A stretch of DNA of 64,000 nucleotides from Candidatus Eiseniibacteriota bacterium (GTDB taxonomy: Bacteria > Eisenbacteria > RBG-16-71-46), in NCBI GenBank assembly GCA_963776245.1, contig CAVZLN010000003.1, positions 64,001 through 128,000 of the forward strand, read 5' to 3'. Under the pieces are notes generated by a model. The model saw only the letters and a list, made by a program, of their open reading frames with translations. It was not told the origin of the DNA and made no database searches. Positions 28,765 through 39,129 of this stretch are shown in pieces (the first letter of the stretch is position 1; every line of letters begins with the position of its first letter). Both the position numbers and the translations under genes were made by a program.

Positions 28765-31700
28765 ATGTCGTGCCCGCACTCGCACGCGCCCCTCATCCTG
28801 CTGCTGACCACCCTGTCCGTGGTGCTCGCGACCTCCGCGCCGCTGGCCGGTCCCTCTCTGCCCGGCGGAGCCGTGCCGCTGGTCGCCACCCCGGACGGCG
28901 CCGGAGGCATGTTCAGCGTCGCCTCCATCGGGCACGACCAGTACGCGGATCTCTACATCCAGTACGTGAGCGCCGCCGGGACCGCGCACACCACACCCGC
29001 CGGGTGGGGGTTCACGACCACCGCCGACCTCTCCCAGCCACCGCTGATCGTGGCGGACGGCACCGGCGGGGTGATCGTCGCGTGGAAGGACCGGGGCAGT
29101 GCTCCGGGGCTGTACGCGCAGCGCTACGTCGCCGGGGGCGGGAGGAGGTGGGCTCAGGGCGGGATCGCGATCTCGACCTCGCTGGTCGGCGGATCGGGCG
29201 CCACGCCCTGCTTGATGGCCGACGGCGCCGGCGGCGCGATCGTGGCCTGGCTCGACACGCGCTCGGACGCGAGCGGCGACGTGTACGCCCAGCGCCTCGA
29301 CAGCAGCGGGGTGGCGCAGTGGGGGCCGACCGGTCTGCTGGTGTGCGGGGCGAGCGGCAGCCAGCTCGCGCCGGCGGTGGTGAGTGACGCCGCCGGCGGC
29401 GTGTTCATCGCGTGGACCGACTATCGGAACGGGAACGACGACATCTTCGCGCAGCGCGTCAACGGGACTGGCTTCTTCCTCTGGACCACGAACGGCGTGG
29501 CGGTGTGCACCGCGAGCGGCGGACAGTCGGGCGTGGGGATGGTGGCCGACGGCGCCAGCGGGGCGATCCTCGCGTGGCACGATCAGCGCAATGGCGGGAC
29601 CGGCTACGACATCTACGCCCAGCGGCTGCACTCCTCCGGGCTCACGCTGTGGTCCTCGAACGGCGTCGCGGTGTGCACGGCAACCGGCGACCAGGAGTTC
29701 CCGGCGATCGTCGGGGACGGCGGGACCGGCGCCATCCTGGCGTGGAAGGACCGGCGCAACGGGACCGACCGCGATCTGTACGCCCAGCGGCTGAACGCCA
29801 GCGGCGTCACGCAGTGGACGACCAACGGTCTCGCGGTGTGCACCGCCGCCGGGGACCAGACCAGCCTCGCCCTGAGTGCGGACGGGGCGGGCGGCGCGCT
29901 GCTGGCGTGGGTGGACGCCCGGACCGGACCGCCGCGCCTGTACGCGCAACGCCTGCACGGCGCCGGCGCTTGCCTGTGGGCCGCGGATGGCGTCGCGGTG
30001 AGCCCGGCCGCGGTGTTCATGCAGGCGAGCGAGCCGACCATCCTCCCGTACGGCAGCGGCGGCGCGCTGCTGACGTGGTACGACACGCCCGCGCTGGACC
30101 GCGAGATGTTCACGCAGGCGCTCGACGCCACGGGGGGCCTGGTGTGGCCCGAGGCGGTCGGGCTGTTCCTCGATCCCGGCGTGCAGCGCAACGCCGCTCA
30201 GATCAGCGACGGCGCCGGCGGCGCCATCGTGACGTGGGCCGAGAAGCGTGGTCACCAGTACGACATCTGCGCCCGTCGCTACGACGGGGCCGGCGCGCCG
30301 CTGTGGCCCCGTGTGGTGCTGGCCACCACGGGCGGCTTGCAGCCCATGATCACCGCCGATCTGGCCGGCGGGACCATCGTGAGCTGGTTCGACGAGCGCA
30401 ATGGTGTCGACACCGACGTGTACGCGCAGCGTCTCGACGGCTCGGGCAACACCCTGTGGACCGCGGGTGGCGCGCCGGTGTGTACCGCCGCCAGCTACCA
30501 GATGTTCGGGGGGATGGTCGCCGACAGCGCCGGCGGCGCCGTGGTCGCCTGGACCGACTGGCGCAACGGGGCGGCCGACATCTACGCCCAGCGCATCAAC
30601 TCCTCCGGAGCCCCGGTGTGGGCCGCGAACGGCGTGCCGGTGTGCACCGCCACCGGCCAGCAACGCTTCGACCGGAACTTCCTCGACAGCCCCGTGGTCA
30701 TCGGCCCGGGAGGCGGGGCGTTCGTCGCGTGGAAGGACAGCCGCGGCGGCGCCGGGACCGATCTCTACGCCCAGCGACTCGACGGAAGCGGCGCCCCGCA
30801 GTGGACTGTGAACGGCATCCCGGTGTGCACGGCAGCCGGCGAGCAGGGCAACTTCCGCGTCTTCGGCGGTCGAACGCTGGGCCTGCTGCTGGTGTGGGAG
30901 GACACCCGCGCCGGGCGCACCGACATCTACGCCCAGCGGGTCACGGATGCGGGCGTGCCCCAATGGACGGCCGATGGCGTGCTGGTGGAGACGTCCACCA
31001 GCGACGCGTCCCGGCCCGACATCTTCGCGCTGAGCGGGAACATCACCCTGGCGTGGGTCGAATCCCGCCCTCCGTACTACGACGGGGACATCGTCATGCA
31101 GCGCCTCGCCGGAGCGAGCGGCGCGCCGCTGTGGGGGCCGGACGGCGTCACCGTGTGCGCCGCTTCAGGCCTCCAGTGGGATCCGCGCATCGCGCGCGGA
31201 GGCTCCCTCGGCGCCTTCGTGGTGTGGGAGGACCACCGTGCCGGCCCGGGCAGCGAGCGCGTGGACATCTACGCTCAGCGCCTGGATTCCAGCGGCGTGG
31301 TGTCGTGGACCAGTGACGGCGTCGCGCTGTGCCTGGCCAGCGGATCGCAGCTGAACCCGGGGATCGTGTACGACGGCGTGGGCGGCGCGATCGTGAGCTG
31401 GGAAGACCGCCGCGACGGAGCGAACGACTTCCTCTTCTTCCAGCGCGTCGACGGCACCGGCGCGGCGCTCTGGGCCCCGAACGGCACCACCCACGTCCCC
31501 ACGGTCAGATCCGATGGCAGCGGCTTGAGCCTGTCGGCGCCGTGGCCCAATCCCGCGCCCGGCCGGTGGTCATTTTCCCTCATCCTGCCGACCGCCGAGC
31601 CTGCCACGCTCGAGGTGTTCGATCTGGCCGGGCGCCGCGAGTGGGCGCGGGACCTCGCGCCGGGACCGCCGGGCGCGCGGGTGGTGCGCGTGGGGGACGG

Positions 31701-31785
31701 CGTGCGCTTCGCGCCCGGGGTGCACCTGGTGCGCGTGCGCCAGGGGGAGCGCTGGGCGAGCGCGCGCGTGGTGGCGCTGCGCTAG
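28765..31785 (+). CDS. Secreted tandem-repeat protein (~16 x ~60 aa) with T9SS-type CTD
   Basis: Repeats DGxGGAxxAWxDxR...DxYAQRx; C-term PWPNP...EVFDLAGR...PGVHLVR. Confidence 0.85.
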   Translation: MSCPHSHAPLILLLTTLSVVLATSAPLAGPSLPGGAVPLVATPDGAGGMFSVASIGHDQYADLYIQYVSAAGTAHTTPAGWGFTTTADLSQPPLIVADGTGGVIVAWKDRGSAPGLYAQRYVAGGGRRWAQGGIAISTSLVGGSGATPCLMADGAGGAIVAWLDTRSDASGDVYAQRLDSSGVAQWGPTGLLVCGASGSQLAPAVVSDAAGGVFIAWTDYRNGNDDIFAQRVNGTGFFLWTTNGVAVCTASGGQSGVGMVADGASGAILAWHDQRNGGTGYDIYAQRLHSSGLTLWSSNGVAVCTATGDQEFPAIVGDGGTGAILAWKDRRNGTDRDLYAQRLNASGVTQWTTNGLAVCTAAGDQTSLALSADGAGGALLAWVDARTGPPRLYAQRLHGAGACLWAADGVAVSPAAVFMQASEPTILPYGSGGALLTWYDTPALDREMFTQALDATGGLVWPEAVGLFLDPGVQRNAAQISDGAGGAIVTWAEKRGHQYDICARRYDGAGAPLWPRVVLATTGGLQPMITADLAGGTIVSWFDERNGVDTDVYAQRLDGSGNTLWTAGGAPVCTAASYQMFGGMVADSAGGAVVAWTDWRNGAADIYAQRINSSGAPVWAANGVPVCTATGQQRFDRNFLDSPVVIGPGGGAFVAWKDSRGGAGTDLYAQRLDGSGAPQWTVNGIPVCTAAGEQGNFRVFGGRTLGLLLVWEDTRAGRTDIYAQRVTDAGVPQWTADGVLVETSTSDASRPDIFALSGNITLAWVESRPPYYDGDIVMQRLAGASGAPLWGPDGVTVCAASGLQWDPRIARGGSLGAFVVWEDHRAGPGSERVDIYAQRLDSSGVVSWTSDGVALCLASGSQLNPGIVYDGVGGAIVSWEDRRDGANDFLFFQRVDGTGAALWAPNGTTHVPTVRSDGSGLSLSAPWPNPAPGRWSFSLILPTAEPATLEVFDLAGRREWARDLAPGPPGARVVRVGDGVRFAPGVHLVRVRQGERWASARVVALR

Positions 31786-31808
31786 ACTCCTTGCCGTCCG
31801 AGCACGCC

Positions 31809-31838
31809 GAAGGCCCCGGTCACCCGACCGGGGCCTTC
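31809..31838. terminator. Hairpin between convergent genes
   Basis: GAAGGCCCCGGTC-ACCC-GACCGGGGCCTTC, perfect 13-bp stem. Confidence 0.75.
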
Positions 31839-31859
31839 TCCGCATGCGGCGCCCGCGCG

Positions 31860-33926
31860 TCAGGCGCTGTGCGACTCGGCGGGCACGCGCCGCGCCAGGG
31901 GACGCGGATGCGCCGGCTTGCGCGGCGCCTGGAGCTGATGCCACGCGCGCAGCGTCTCCGCCACCGACCACGCCTGCGCGAAGCATCCTCTCGGCGGATG
32001 CGGCGCATCGCCATCGGCCACCTCGGGCAGGGTGCCCACTCCCATCTCGGAGATCAGGTCGCCGAGCGGCTCGAGGCAGGCGAGCGCGGCCGCGCGATCC
32101 CCGTGCACCCGGAAATGGGCGAGCGCGTAGTGGGGCAGCAGCCACGTCCACACCGTGCCCTGGTGGTAGGCGCCGTCCCGCGCGCGCTGGTCGCCGGTGA
32201 AGCGCCCGCGATACGCCACCTCGGTGGGTGCGAGGGTGCGCAGCCCATGCGAGGTCACGAGCTGGCGGCCGACCGCGTCGAGCACCGCGCGCCGCCGCGC
32301 CGGCGGCAGCGGGCAGTCGGGCAGCGAGAGCGCGAAGATCATGTTGGGGCGCAGCGAAGGGTCCGGCCCCTCGGGGCCGTCGAGCACGTCGTAGAGCGCC
32401 TGGGTGTCCTCGTTCCAGTAGCGCGCGAATGACTGCTCGACCCGCCGGGCGAGCCGCGTGTAGGTCTCGGCGGGACGGCCGAGGCGCTCGGCGAAGCGCG
32501 CCAGCGTGAGCAGCGCGCCGTGCCACAGCGCGTTCACCTCGACCGGCTTGCCCTGGCGCGGGGTGACGACCAGGCCATCCGCCTTGGCGTCCATCCAGGT
32601 GAGCTGGATGCCGGGTTCGCCGGCATCGATCAGCCCGTCGGACTCGTCCATGTGGATGCCGTAGCGCGTGCCGCGCTCGTACCACGCGCACACCTCCTCG
32701 AGCGCGGGCATGACCTCGGCGAGGAAGGCGTCGTCGCCGGTGGCGTCGTGATAGGCGCGCACCGCCTGGAACAGCCACAGCGCCGAGTCCACCGAGTTGT
32801 AGGCCGGCGGCTCCCCGTGGTCGGGGAAGAAGTTCGGCAGCATGCCGCGGTCGAGGTGGAGCACATAGGTCGCCAGGATCATGCGGGCGATCTCGGGCCG
32901 CCCGGTCGCGAGCGTGAGCCCGGGCAGCGCGATCATGGTGTCGCGCCCCCAGTCCCCGAGCCACGGGTAGCCCGCGATCACGGTGCGCCCGTGCGCGGCG
33001 CCCGGCCGCGCGCGTTCGACGATGAACGCGTCGGCCGCGAGCACCAGCGCGCGGATCCACTCCGGGGCCGCCTTCGAGGCCTGCGGCTGCGCCTTGCGCC
33101 AGGCCTCGAGCACGCTCCGGTCGTGGGCACGCCGCCGCGCGAGCGCCCCGGCGAGGGCGAGCACGCCGGCGTTGCCGCGGCCCGCGTCGTGGCGGGTGCT
33201 CGCCACCACGGTGAGCGCCTCGCCCTGGGCGAGCGTGGCGGTGAAGGTGCCGACCAGCAGGTGGTCCTCGAGCGCGTCGAGCCCGCGCTCCTCGTCGAGC
33301 GCGAGCGCGAAGCCGCGGTACCAATCGCTCGCCGGGACGACCTCGGCGCCGCTCGCGAACAGCCACAGCGGGGTCGCGCCCTCGCGCACCACGACCCGCA
33401 GTCCGCCGGCGGCCGGCTCGACCGTGGCCGATCCCTCGCCATGCGGGAGCGTCTGATGCGCGTCGCGGTGGTTCACCAGCGCCTTGAGGCGCAGCGTCAC
33501 GGGCGCGCGCGCCGCGGCGACGCGATATTGCACGTAGGTGGTGTTCTCGCCGTGCTCCATCCACACGCGTTTCTCGAGCCGCGTGTCGCCGATCGCGTAG
33601 GTCCACGCCGGCACGCTCTCCTCGAGCGTGAAGGACTCGAGATGGGCGAGCGCGGGCGCCTGCACCACGGCGCCGGCCCAGCGGTTGACGTCGAGGTCGT
33701 GCGGCACGCCGTCCACCTCGAGCGTCTCGGCCAGCTTGGCGAGCATCAGGGTGCGGCCGGCGGGAGGCTTCAGCGCGGCGATCAGCAGCCCGTGATAGCG
33801 GCGCGCCAGCATGCCGCCGAGGGTGCCGCACGCATAGCCGCCGATGCCGTTGGTGACCAGCCATTCGAGGGCGCCCGCGGTCGCGGGCGACGCGAGGCGG
33901 TCTCTGCCGAATCTGAGCGCGCTCAT
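31860..33926 (-). CDS. Glycogen debranching enzyme / amylo-alpha-1,6-glucosidase
   Basis: EWLVTNGIGGYA, RYHGLL, IAGYPW..WGRD, LTWMDAK, YHQGTVW, AQAWSVAE. Confidence 0.93.
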   Translation of the reverse strand: MSALRFGRDRLASPATAGALEWLVTNGIGGYACGTLGGMLARRYHGLLIAALKPPAGRTLMLAKLAETLEVDGVPHDLDVNRWAGAVVQAPALAHLESFTLEESVPAWTYAIGDTRLEKRVWMEHGENTTYVQYRVAAARAPVTLRLKALVNHRDAHQTLPHGEGSATVEPAAGGLRVVVREGATPLWLFASGAEVVPASDWYRGFALALDEERGLDALEDHLLVGTFTATLAQGEALTVVASTRHDAGRGNAGVLALAGALARRRAHDRSVLEAWRKAQPQASKAAPEWIRALVLAADAFIVERARPGAAHGRTVIAGYPWLGDWGRDTMIALPGLTLATGRPEIARMILATYVLHLDRGMLPNFFPDHGEPPAYNSVDSALWLFQAVRAYHDATGDDAFLAEVMPALEEVCAWYERGTRYGIHMDESDGLIDAGEPGIQLTWMDAKADGLVVTPRQGKPVEVNALWHGALLTLARFAERLGRPAETYTRLARRVEQSFARYWNEDTQALYDVLDGPEGPDPSLRPNMIFALSLPDCPLPPARRRAVLDAVGRQLVTSHGLRTLAPTEVAYRGRFTGDQRARDGAYHQGTVWTWLLPHYALAHFRVHGDRAAALACLEPLGDLISEMGVGTLPEVADGDAPHPPRGCFAQAWSVAETLRAWHQLQAPRKPAHPRPLARRVPAESHSA

Positions 33927-34093
33927 GATCCCTCCCTATGGAGCCCGCGCGCTGCGATCCATCGGGGGTTGTCAGAGCGAGGTGCGGTGCGGCGCGACCC
34001 GGACTCCTCCAAGCGAATCTCGAACCGGACTGTACGCCAATCGGAGGTCACCGAGAAGGCGCACCGCGAGACGCGGGACGGCGGTCATCGAGG

Positions 34094-34185
34094 GCCGCGA
34101 GGTGGGCGGGGCGGGACAGGTCCGGAGGGGTGCGTGTGGGTATTAGCACCCCGGAGGATCTGGCCCGCTCCGCCCGCCTCGTGGC
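34094..34185 (+). repeat. Intergenic long stem-loop element, copy 2
   Basis: Core GGAGGGGTGCGTGTGGGTATTAGCACCCCGGA identical to copy 1; different outer stem with G-U pairs. Confidence 0.85.
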
Positions 34186-34252
34186 GCGCGCCACGATCCC
34201 GGCCGCCGGCACCAAGTGGCGAAGCCGGATGCGCTAGAATCGCGCCACTCCG

Positions 34253-35275
34253 ATGCCCGGCCCCGACCTGACCCTGACGGACGTGGACTCGCCGCCGTCC
34301 ACCGCGTTCCTCGCCGCGATGCGGGGAGCGCTCGCGGCGCCGCCGCCCGGCGTGGACGCCGAGTTCCCGCACTACTTCAGCGACCTCGCGACCCCCGCGG
34401 GCGCGCGCACCTACCTGCGCCACAAGCGCCAACTGGTCGAGCTGATGGGCGGGGTGCGCGGCCGCACCGTGGTGGACGTGGGCTCGGGATTCGGCGTCAT
34501 CGCCATCCTGCTGGCCTACTGGGGCGCCCGGGCGGTGGTCGCGGTGGACCCGTTCCCGCCACGTCTGGGCTCGCATCGCCGCCTGCTGCGGACCACCTTC
34601 GCCGCGCTCACCGGGGTGTACCCCGCGCGCGGGCGCGCGGACGCGCTGCCGATCGCCAGCGGCGCCGCCGATGTCGTGCTCTCGAACGAGGCGATCTCGC
34701 ACTACTCCGACGTGGAGCGGTTCCTCGACGAAGCCGCGCGCGTGCTGCGGCCGGGCGGCGTGCTGGTGATCTCCGACGGGAACAACGGCGCCAATCCTCG
34801 CATCCGCGCGTTCACCGAGGGACTGTGGGAGCGCTGCGAGAACGGGCCGGGCGGCTGGTACGGCGGGCACCGGCTGGACGTCAGCTTCCGCGACCGGCGC
34901 GAGCGCATCATCCGCGAGCGCTTCCCCGCGCTCGCGCCCGAGCGCGCCCGGGAACTGGCGCTCGCGACCTCGGGGATGGCGCGCGCGCGAATCGAGCAGG
35001 TGGTCGCCGCGCATCTCGCCGGCGGCACCGCCCCGGCGTCGCCCTACCACCCCGGCACGCTGCCGGTGGAGCCGGTGCACGGCGAGGTGATGGAGCGCCT
35101 GTTCGACCCACGCGCGCTGGCGCGCGACCTCGAGCGGCGCGGGTTCGAGGCGCGCGCCATCCCCCACTACGGCGGCGCGCGCGGCGGCTTGGTGGCGCTG
35201 GCGAACGAGGCGCTGCGCCGGCTGCCCACGTTCCGCTTCGCGCGCGGCTTCCGCGTGGTCGCACGCCGCCGTTGA
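34253..35275 (+). CDS. Class I SAM-dependent methyltransferase
   Basis: VVDVGSGFG, RVLRPGG motifs. Confidence 0.88.
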   Translation: MPGPDLTLTDVDSPPSTAFLAAMRGALAAPPPGVDAEFPHYFSDLATPAGARTYLRHKRQLVELMGGVRGRTVVDVGSGFGVIAILLAYWGARAVVAVDPFPPRLGSHRRLLRTTFAALTGVYPARGRADALPIASGAADVVLSNEAISHYSDVERFLDEAARVLRPGGVLVISDGNNGANPRIRAFTEGLWERCENGPGGWYGGHRLDVSFRDRRERIIRERFPALAPERARELALATSGMARARIEQVVAAHLAGGTAPASPYHPGTLPVEPVHGEVMERLFDPRALARDLERRGFEARAIPHYGGARGGLVALANEALRRLPTFRFARGFRVVARRR

Positions 35276-35309
35276 CGCCCCTGCGGGCCGCGGGTAACGT
35301 GCGCTCGCC

Positions 35310-35987
35310 ATGTCGGAACCCACCTATCCCTTCCTCCGAGCCGGCTGGATCGAAGTGATCGTCGGCAGCATGTACAGCGGCAAGACGGAGGAGCTCATCC
35401 GCCGGCTGCGCCGCGCCCAGATCGCCCGCCAGCGGGTCGAGATCTTCAAGCCCGGCGTGGACGACCGCTACGCCGTCGACGCCATCGTCTCCCACAGCGA
35501 GCTGCGCATCCCGTCGCGCGCGGTGAAGAGCGCCCGGGAGGTGCTGCGGCACGCCCACGAGGCGCAGGTGATCGGCATCGACGAGGGCCAGTTCCTCGGC
35601 CCCGAGCTGGTCGCGGTGTGCCAGGAGCTCGCGCGGCGCGGCAAGCGGGTGATCGTCGCGGGACTCGACCAGGACTACCTCGGGCAGCCGTTCGAGCCGA
35701 TGCCCCAGCTGCTCGCGGTGGCGGAGTACATCACCAAGACGCTCGCCATCTGCGTGGTGTGCGGCGAGCCGGCGAACCGCACCTACCGCAAGGTGCAGAA
35801 GCGCGGGCGCGTGGTGGTGGGCGGCGCCGAACTCTACGAGGCCCGCTGCCGGCGCTGCCACGCGCTCGGCCGGCGCGCGAAGCCTCCCCAGACCCCTGAC
35901 TTCGGAGGTTCCAGTGTCGTTCCGTCGGATCGTCCACGCCGTCCTCGCGCTCGCGCTGCCGCTGGTCCTCGTCGCCGGGTGCGGTAA
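35310..35987 (+). CDS. tdk: Thymidine kinase (type II); C-terminal tail uncertain
   Basis: [22 protein letters not shown], CxxC...[15 protein letters not shown]17-TAACGT promoter 9 nt upstream. Confidence 0.94.
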   Translation: MSEPTYPFLRAGWIEVIVGSMYSGKTEELIRRLRRAQIARQRVEIFKPGVDDRYAVDAIVSHSELRIPSRAVKSAREVLRHAHEAQVIGIDEGQFLGPELVAVCQELARRGKRVIVAGLDQDYLGQPFEPMPQLLAVAEYITKTLAICVVCGEPANRTYRKVQKRGRVVVGGAELYEARCRRCHALGRRAKPPQTPDFGGSSVVPSDRPRRPRARAAAGPRRRVR

Positions 35988-36948
35988 GCGCGCCGAGCCG
36001 TCGAAGTCCGCCGCCGCGACGCCGGGCGGTCCCCGCATCGGGCTGGTGTTCGACGTCGGCGGCCGCGGCGACAAGTCCTTCAACGACGCCGCGTACGCCG
36101 GCCTGGAGCGCGCCAAGGCCGAGCTCGGCATCGACTTCGTCACGCTCGAGACCGGCGAGGGCACCGACCGCGAGGCCGCGATGCGCCAGCTCGCCGCTGG
36201 CGGCTCGGCGCTGGTGTTCGGCGTCGGCTTCCTGTTCTCCGACGACATCAAGTCGCTGGCCCGCGAGTTCCCGGCCGTGAAGTTCGCGTGCGTGGACTTC
36301 ACCCTGACCGAGGGCGAGACGCTGCCGCCCAACCTGGTGGCGCTCAAGTTCAAGGAGGAGGAGGGCTCCTACCTGGTGGGCGCGCTCGCGGCCCTGCTGA
36401 GCAAGACGCACACGCTGGGCTTCGTCGGCGGCATGGAGATCCCGCTCATCAAGAAGTTCGAGGCCGGCTACGTCGCGGGCGTGAAGGCGATCGATCCCAA
36501 AGCCCGGGTGCTGATCAAGTACGCCGGCACCAGCGGCGCCGCGTTCAAGGACCCCACCAAGGGCAAGGAACTGGCGCTCGCCGAGTACCACGCCGGCGCC
36601 GACATCATCTTCCACGCCTCGGGCTCCACCGGACTGGGCGTGTTCGAGGCCGCGCGCGAGCTGAAGAAGCTCGCCATCGGCGTGGACTCCGACCAGTACG
36701 ACGAGGCGCCCGGCGTGGTGCTCACCTCGATGATCAAGCGCGTGGACACCGCGGTGTTCGACACCATCCGCGAACTGCGCGACGGCAAGTGGAGCGGTGG
36801 CGTGCGTCAGTTCGGCCTCGCCGAGCACGGCGTGGGATGGGTGTACGACGCCCGCAACAAGCCCCAGATCCCGGACCGCGTGAAGACCGTGGTGGACTCG
36901 CTCGAAGCCGACATCATCGCCGGCAACATCAGCGTCCCGTACCAGTAG
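35914..36948 (+). CDS. BMP-family nucleoside-binding lipoprotein
   Basis: Lipobox [34 protein letters not shown]. Confidence 0.93.
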   Translation: MSFRRIVHAVLALALPLVLVAGCGKRAEPSKSAAATPGGPRIGLVFDVGGRGDKSFNDAAYAGLERAKAELGIDFVTLETGEGTDREAAMRQLAAGGSALVFGVGFLFSDDIKSLAREFPAVKFACVDFTLTEGETLPPNLVALKFKEEEGSYLVGALAALLSKTHTLGFVGGMEIPLIKKFEAGYVAGVKAIDPKARVLIKYAGTSGAAFKDPTKGKELALAEYHAGADIIFHASGSTGLGVFEAARELKKLAIGVDSDQYDEAPGVVLTSMIKRVDTAVFDTIRELRDGKWSGGVRQFGLAEHGVGWVYDARNKPQIPDRVKTVVDSLEADIIAGNISVPYQ

Positions 36949-36964
36949 CCGGGCCGGGTCCGCG

Positions 36965-37918
36965 ATGAGCGCCAGCGCCTGGAGCGAACCGGTAGCGCGT
37001 GTGCGCGTGCGCCGCAGCGCGGTGTTCGCGATGAACACCACCCTCCTGCTCGACCCCGAGCACGCGGTGGTGGTGGACCCCGGCGTGCTCCCGTCCGAAC
37101 TGGACGACCTCGCGGCCGCGGTGAGCGGAGCGGGCGCCGCCGCGGTGACGCTGGTGTTCACCCACGCGCACTGGGACCACGTGCTCGGACGGCCGTGGTG
37201 GCCGGCCGCGCGCACCCTGGCGCACGATCGGTTCGCCGCCGAGGTGAAGCGCGATGCCGCGGCCATCCGCGTGGCGGCGGAAGCTTGCGCCACCGGGCAC
37301 GGCGCGCGTTTCGCGAAGGCCTTCGAGCCGTTCGCGCCCGACGACGCCGTCGCCGGCCTGCACTTCCACCCGCTGCGGCCGTGGCGGCTGGTGTTCCGTG
37401 ACGCCTTCGGCCACTGCCCGAGCCAGGTGAGCGTGCATCTGCCGGACCACCGCGTGCTGATCGCCGCCGACATGCTCTCGGACCTCGAGGTGCCGATCCT
37501 CGACGGGCCGCCCGCGGCCTACGCGCACACGCTCGAGGCACTGCTCCCGCTGGTGGACGGCGGCGCCATCCAGACCCTGGTGCCGGGCCACGGCGCGGTG
37601 GCGCAGGGAGTGGCCGCGGTGCGCGCGCGCTTCGCGTGCGACCTCGACTACCTGCGCGAGCTGGCCGCGCGGGCGCAGGCCGCGCGGGCCGCGCGCCTCT
37701 CCGAGGACGACGCGGTGGCGGCGCTCGAGGCGATGGAGTACGTCGGCAAGCGGGCGGCGTACTCGATGACCGACTACCACCGCGCCAACGCGCGCTTCGC
37801 CTGGCGCGCGGCCGGCGGTGGGAAGCCGGGCGCGGCCCGTGGCGGCAAGCCGCCGGCGACCGGCGGCATGAAGCCGAAGCCGGCCGGCGGCGCGAAGCCG
37901 CACGGTCCACGGCGATGA
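36965..37918 (+). CDS. Metallo-beta-lactamase-fold hydrolase
   Basis: VDPG, THAHWDH, GH, PGHG motifs. Confidence 0.88.
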   Translation: MSASAWSEPVARVRVRRSAVFAMNTTLLLDPEHAVVVDPGVLPSELDDLAAAVSGAGAAAVTLVFTHAHWDHVLGRPWWPAARTLAHDRFAAEVKRDAAAIRVAAEACATGHGARFAKAFEPFAPDDAVAGLHFHPLRPWRLVFRDAFGHCPSQVSVHLPDHRVLIAADMLSDLEVPILDGPPAAYAHTLEALLPLVDGGAIQTLVPGHGAVAQGVAAVRARFACDLDYLRELAARAQAARAARLSEDDAVAALEAMEYVGKRAAYSMTDYHRANARFAWRAAGGGKPGAARGGKPPATGGMKPKPAGGAKPHGPRR

Positions 37919-39093
37919 TCGACCCCAAGGCGCTCCACCGCCGGATCGAGCACGCGCTCGACGGACTGCCGAACGACGGCTCGCTGGCGCGCTTCGCCTC
38001 CGCTCTCGCGCCGCGCGTGCTCGAGCAGCTCGGCCCGGCGCTGGGCGTGGCGGCCGCGCACGTCTACCGCCGGGACGACGGCACGCTGACGCTGGTGAAG
38101 CGCTGCGGCGAGGGGCGGCCCGACCTCGCGCGCGAGCTGGCGCGCCGCCTCGAGGGCGAGGGCGAGGAGCGCATCGCCGACCTGCCGTGGACCGGCGAGC
38201 ACGGTCCCGGGCACCTCGCCCTGGTGCCGGTGGGCGAGGACACGCGCACCCTGCTCGCCCTGTTCGGCGCGCCGCCCGGCGGCCTCGCCGGCGTGCCCAC
38301 GCGCGCGCAGCTCGCGTCGGCGGTGGCGGCGCTCCACTACGCCATCGCGCAGCACCTGCGCCGCCGCGAGCTCGAGGACCTGTTCGCGCAGGCGCGCGCC
38401 ATCCAGTTGAGCCTGCTGCCGGTGGCGCCCCCGACGTTCGGCAACTTCGACATCGCCGCCGCCAGCACCCCCGCGAGCGCGGTGGGCGGCGACTACTTCG
38501 ACTTCCTCGAGATCGACGCCGACTCGCTCGGCCTCGCGGTGGCCGACGCCTCGGGCCACGGGCTCCCGGCGGCGCTCCAGGCGCGCGACGTCGCGACCGG
38601 CCTGCGCATGGGCGTGGAGCGCGACCTCAAGATCACGCGCGTGATCGAGAAGCTCAACCGCGTCATCCATCGCAGCGGCCTGACCACGCGGTTCATCTCG
38701 CTGGTCTACGGCGAGCTGCATGCCAACGGCAACTTCCTCTACATCAACGCCGGCCACCCACCGCCCCAGCTGCTCGGCGATCACGGCTTCCACGACCTGA
38801 GCATGGGAGGGCTGCTGCTCGGCCCCGACGCGCACGCCACCTACAAGCTCGGCTTCGCCCACATGGATCGCGGCGGCGCGCTGGCGCTGTTCAGCGACGG
38901 CGTGATCGAGCGCGGCATCGAGCGGGGCGACGAGGGCTTCGGCCAGGAGCGGGTGCGCGCGTGGATGGCGGACTGGCGCGAGGGCCCGGCGCAGGACGCG
39001 GTCGCCGACCTGATGAAGCGCCTCGCCGCCTACGGCGACGGCGGCCCGTTCGAGGACGACGTCACCGTGATGTTCGTGCGCCGCCCGCGCTGA
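37915..39093 (+). CDS. PP2C/SpoIIE (RsbU-like) phosphatase
   Basis: VGGDYFD, ADASGHG, NAGHPPP, SDG, EDDVT; ATGA overlap with upstream gene. Confidence 0.92.
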   Translation: MIDPKALHRRIEHALDGLPNDGSLARFASALAPRVLEQLGPALGVAAAHVYRRDDGTLTLVKRCGEGRPDLARELARRLEGEGEERIADLPWTGEHGPGHLALVPVGEDTRTLLALFGAPPGGLAGVPTRAQLASAVAALHYAIAQHLRRRELEDLFAQARAIQLSLLPVAPPTFGNFDIAAASTPASAVGGDYFDFLEIDADSLGLAVADASGHGLPAALQARDVATGLRMGVERDLKITRVIEKLNRVIHRSGLTTRFISLVYGELHANGNFLYINAGHPPPQLLGDHGFHDLSMGGLLLGPDAHATYKLGFAHMDRGGALALFSDGVIERGIERGDEGFGQERVRAWMADWREGPAQDAVADLMKRLAAYGDGGPFEDDVTVMFVRRPR

Positions 39094-39129
39094 CCGGCGG
39101 GGCGGCCGACCCGCCGCCGGCCATCCGCC

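Noticed and set aside
28765..31785. CRISPR array or DGR-type repeats
   Set aside because: Repeats are degenerate and protein-coding; no spacer array, cas gene or reverse transcriptase in the window
35880..35987. 74-nt tdk/BMP overlap as a functional feature
   Set aside because: The tail is low-complexity and a single indel near 35890 would give an earlier stop; likely error or neutral
37810..37918. GGKP-type repeats at the MBL C-terminus
   Set aside because: Short low-complexity tail with no supportable function
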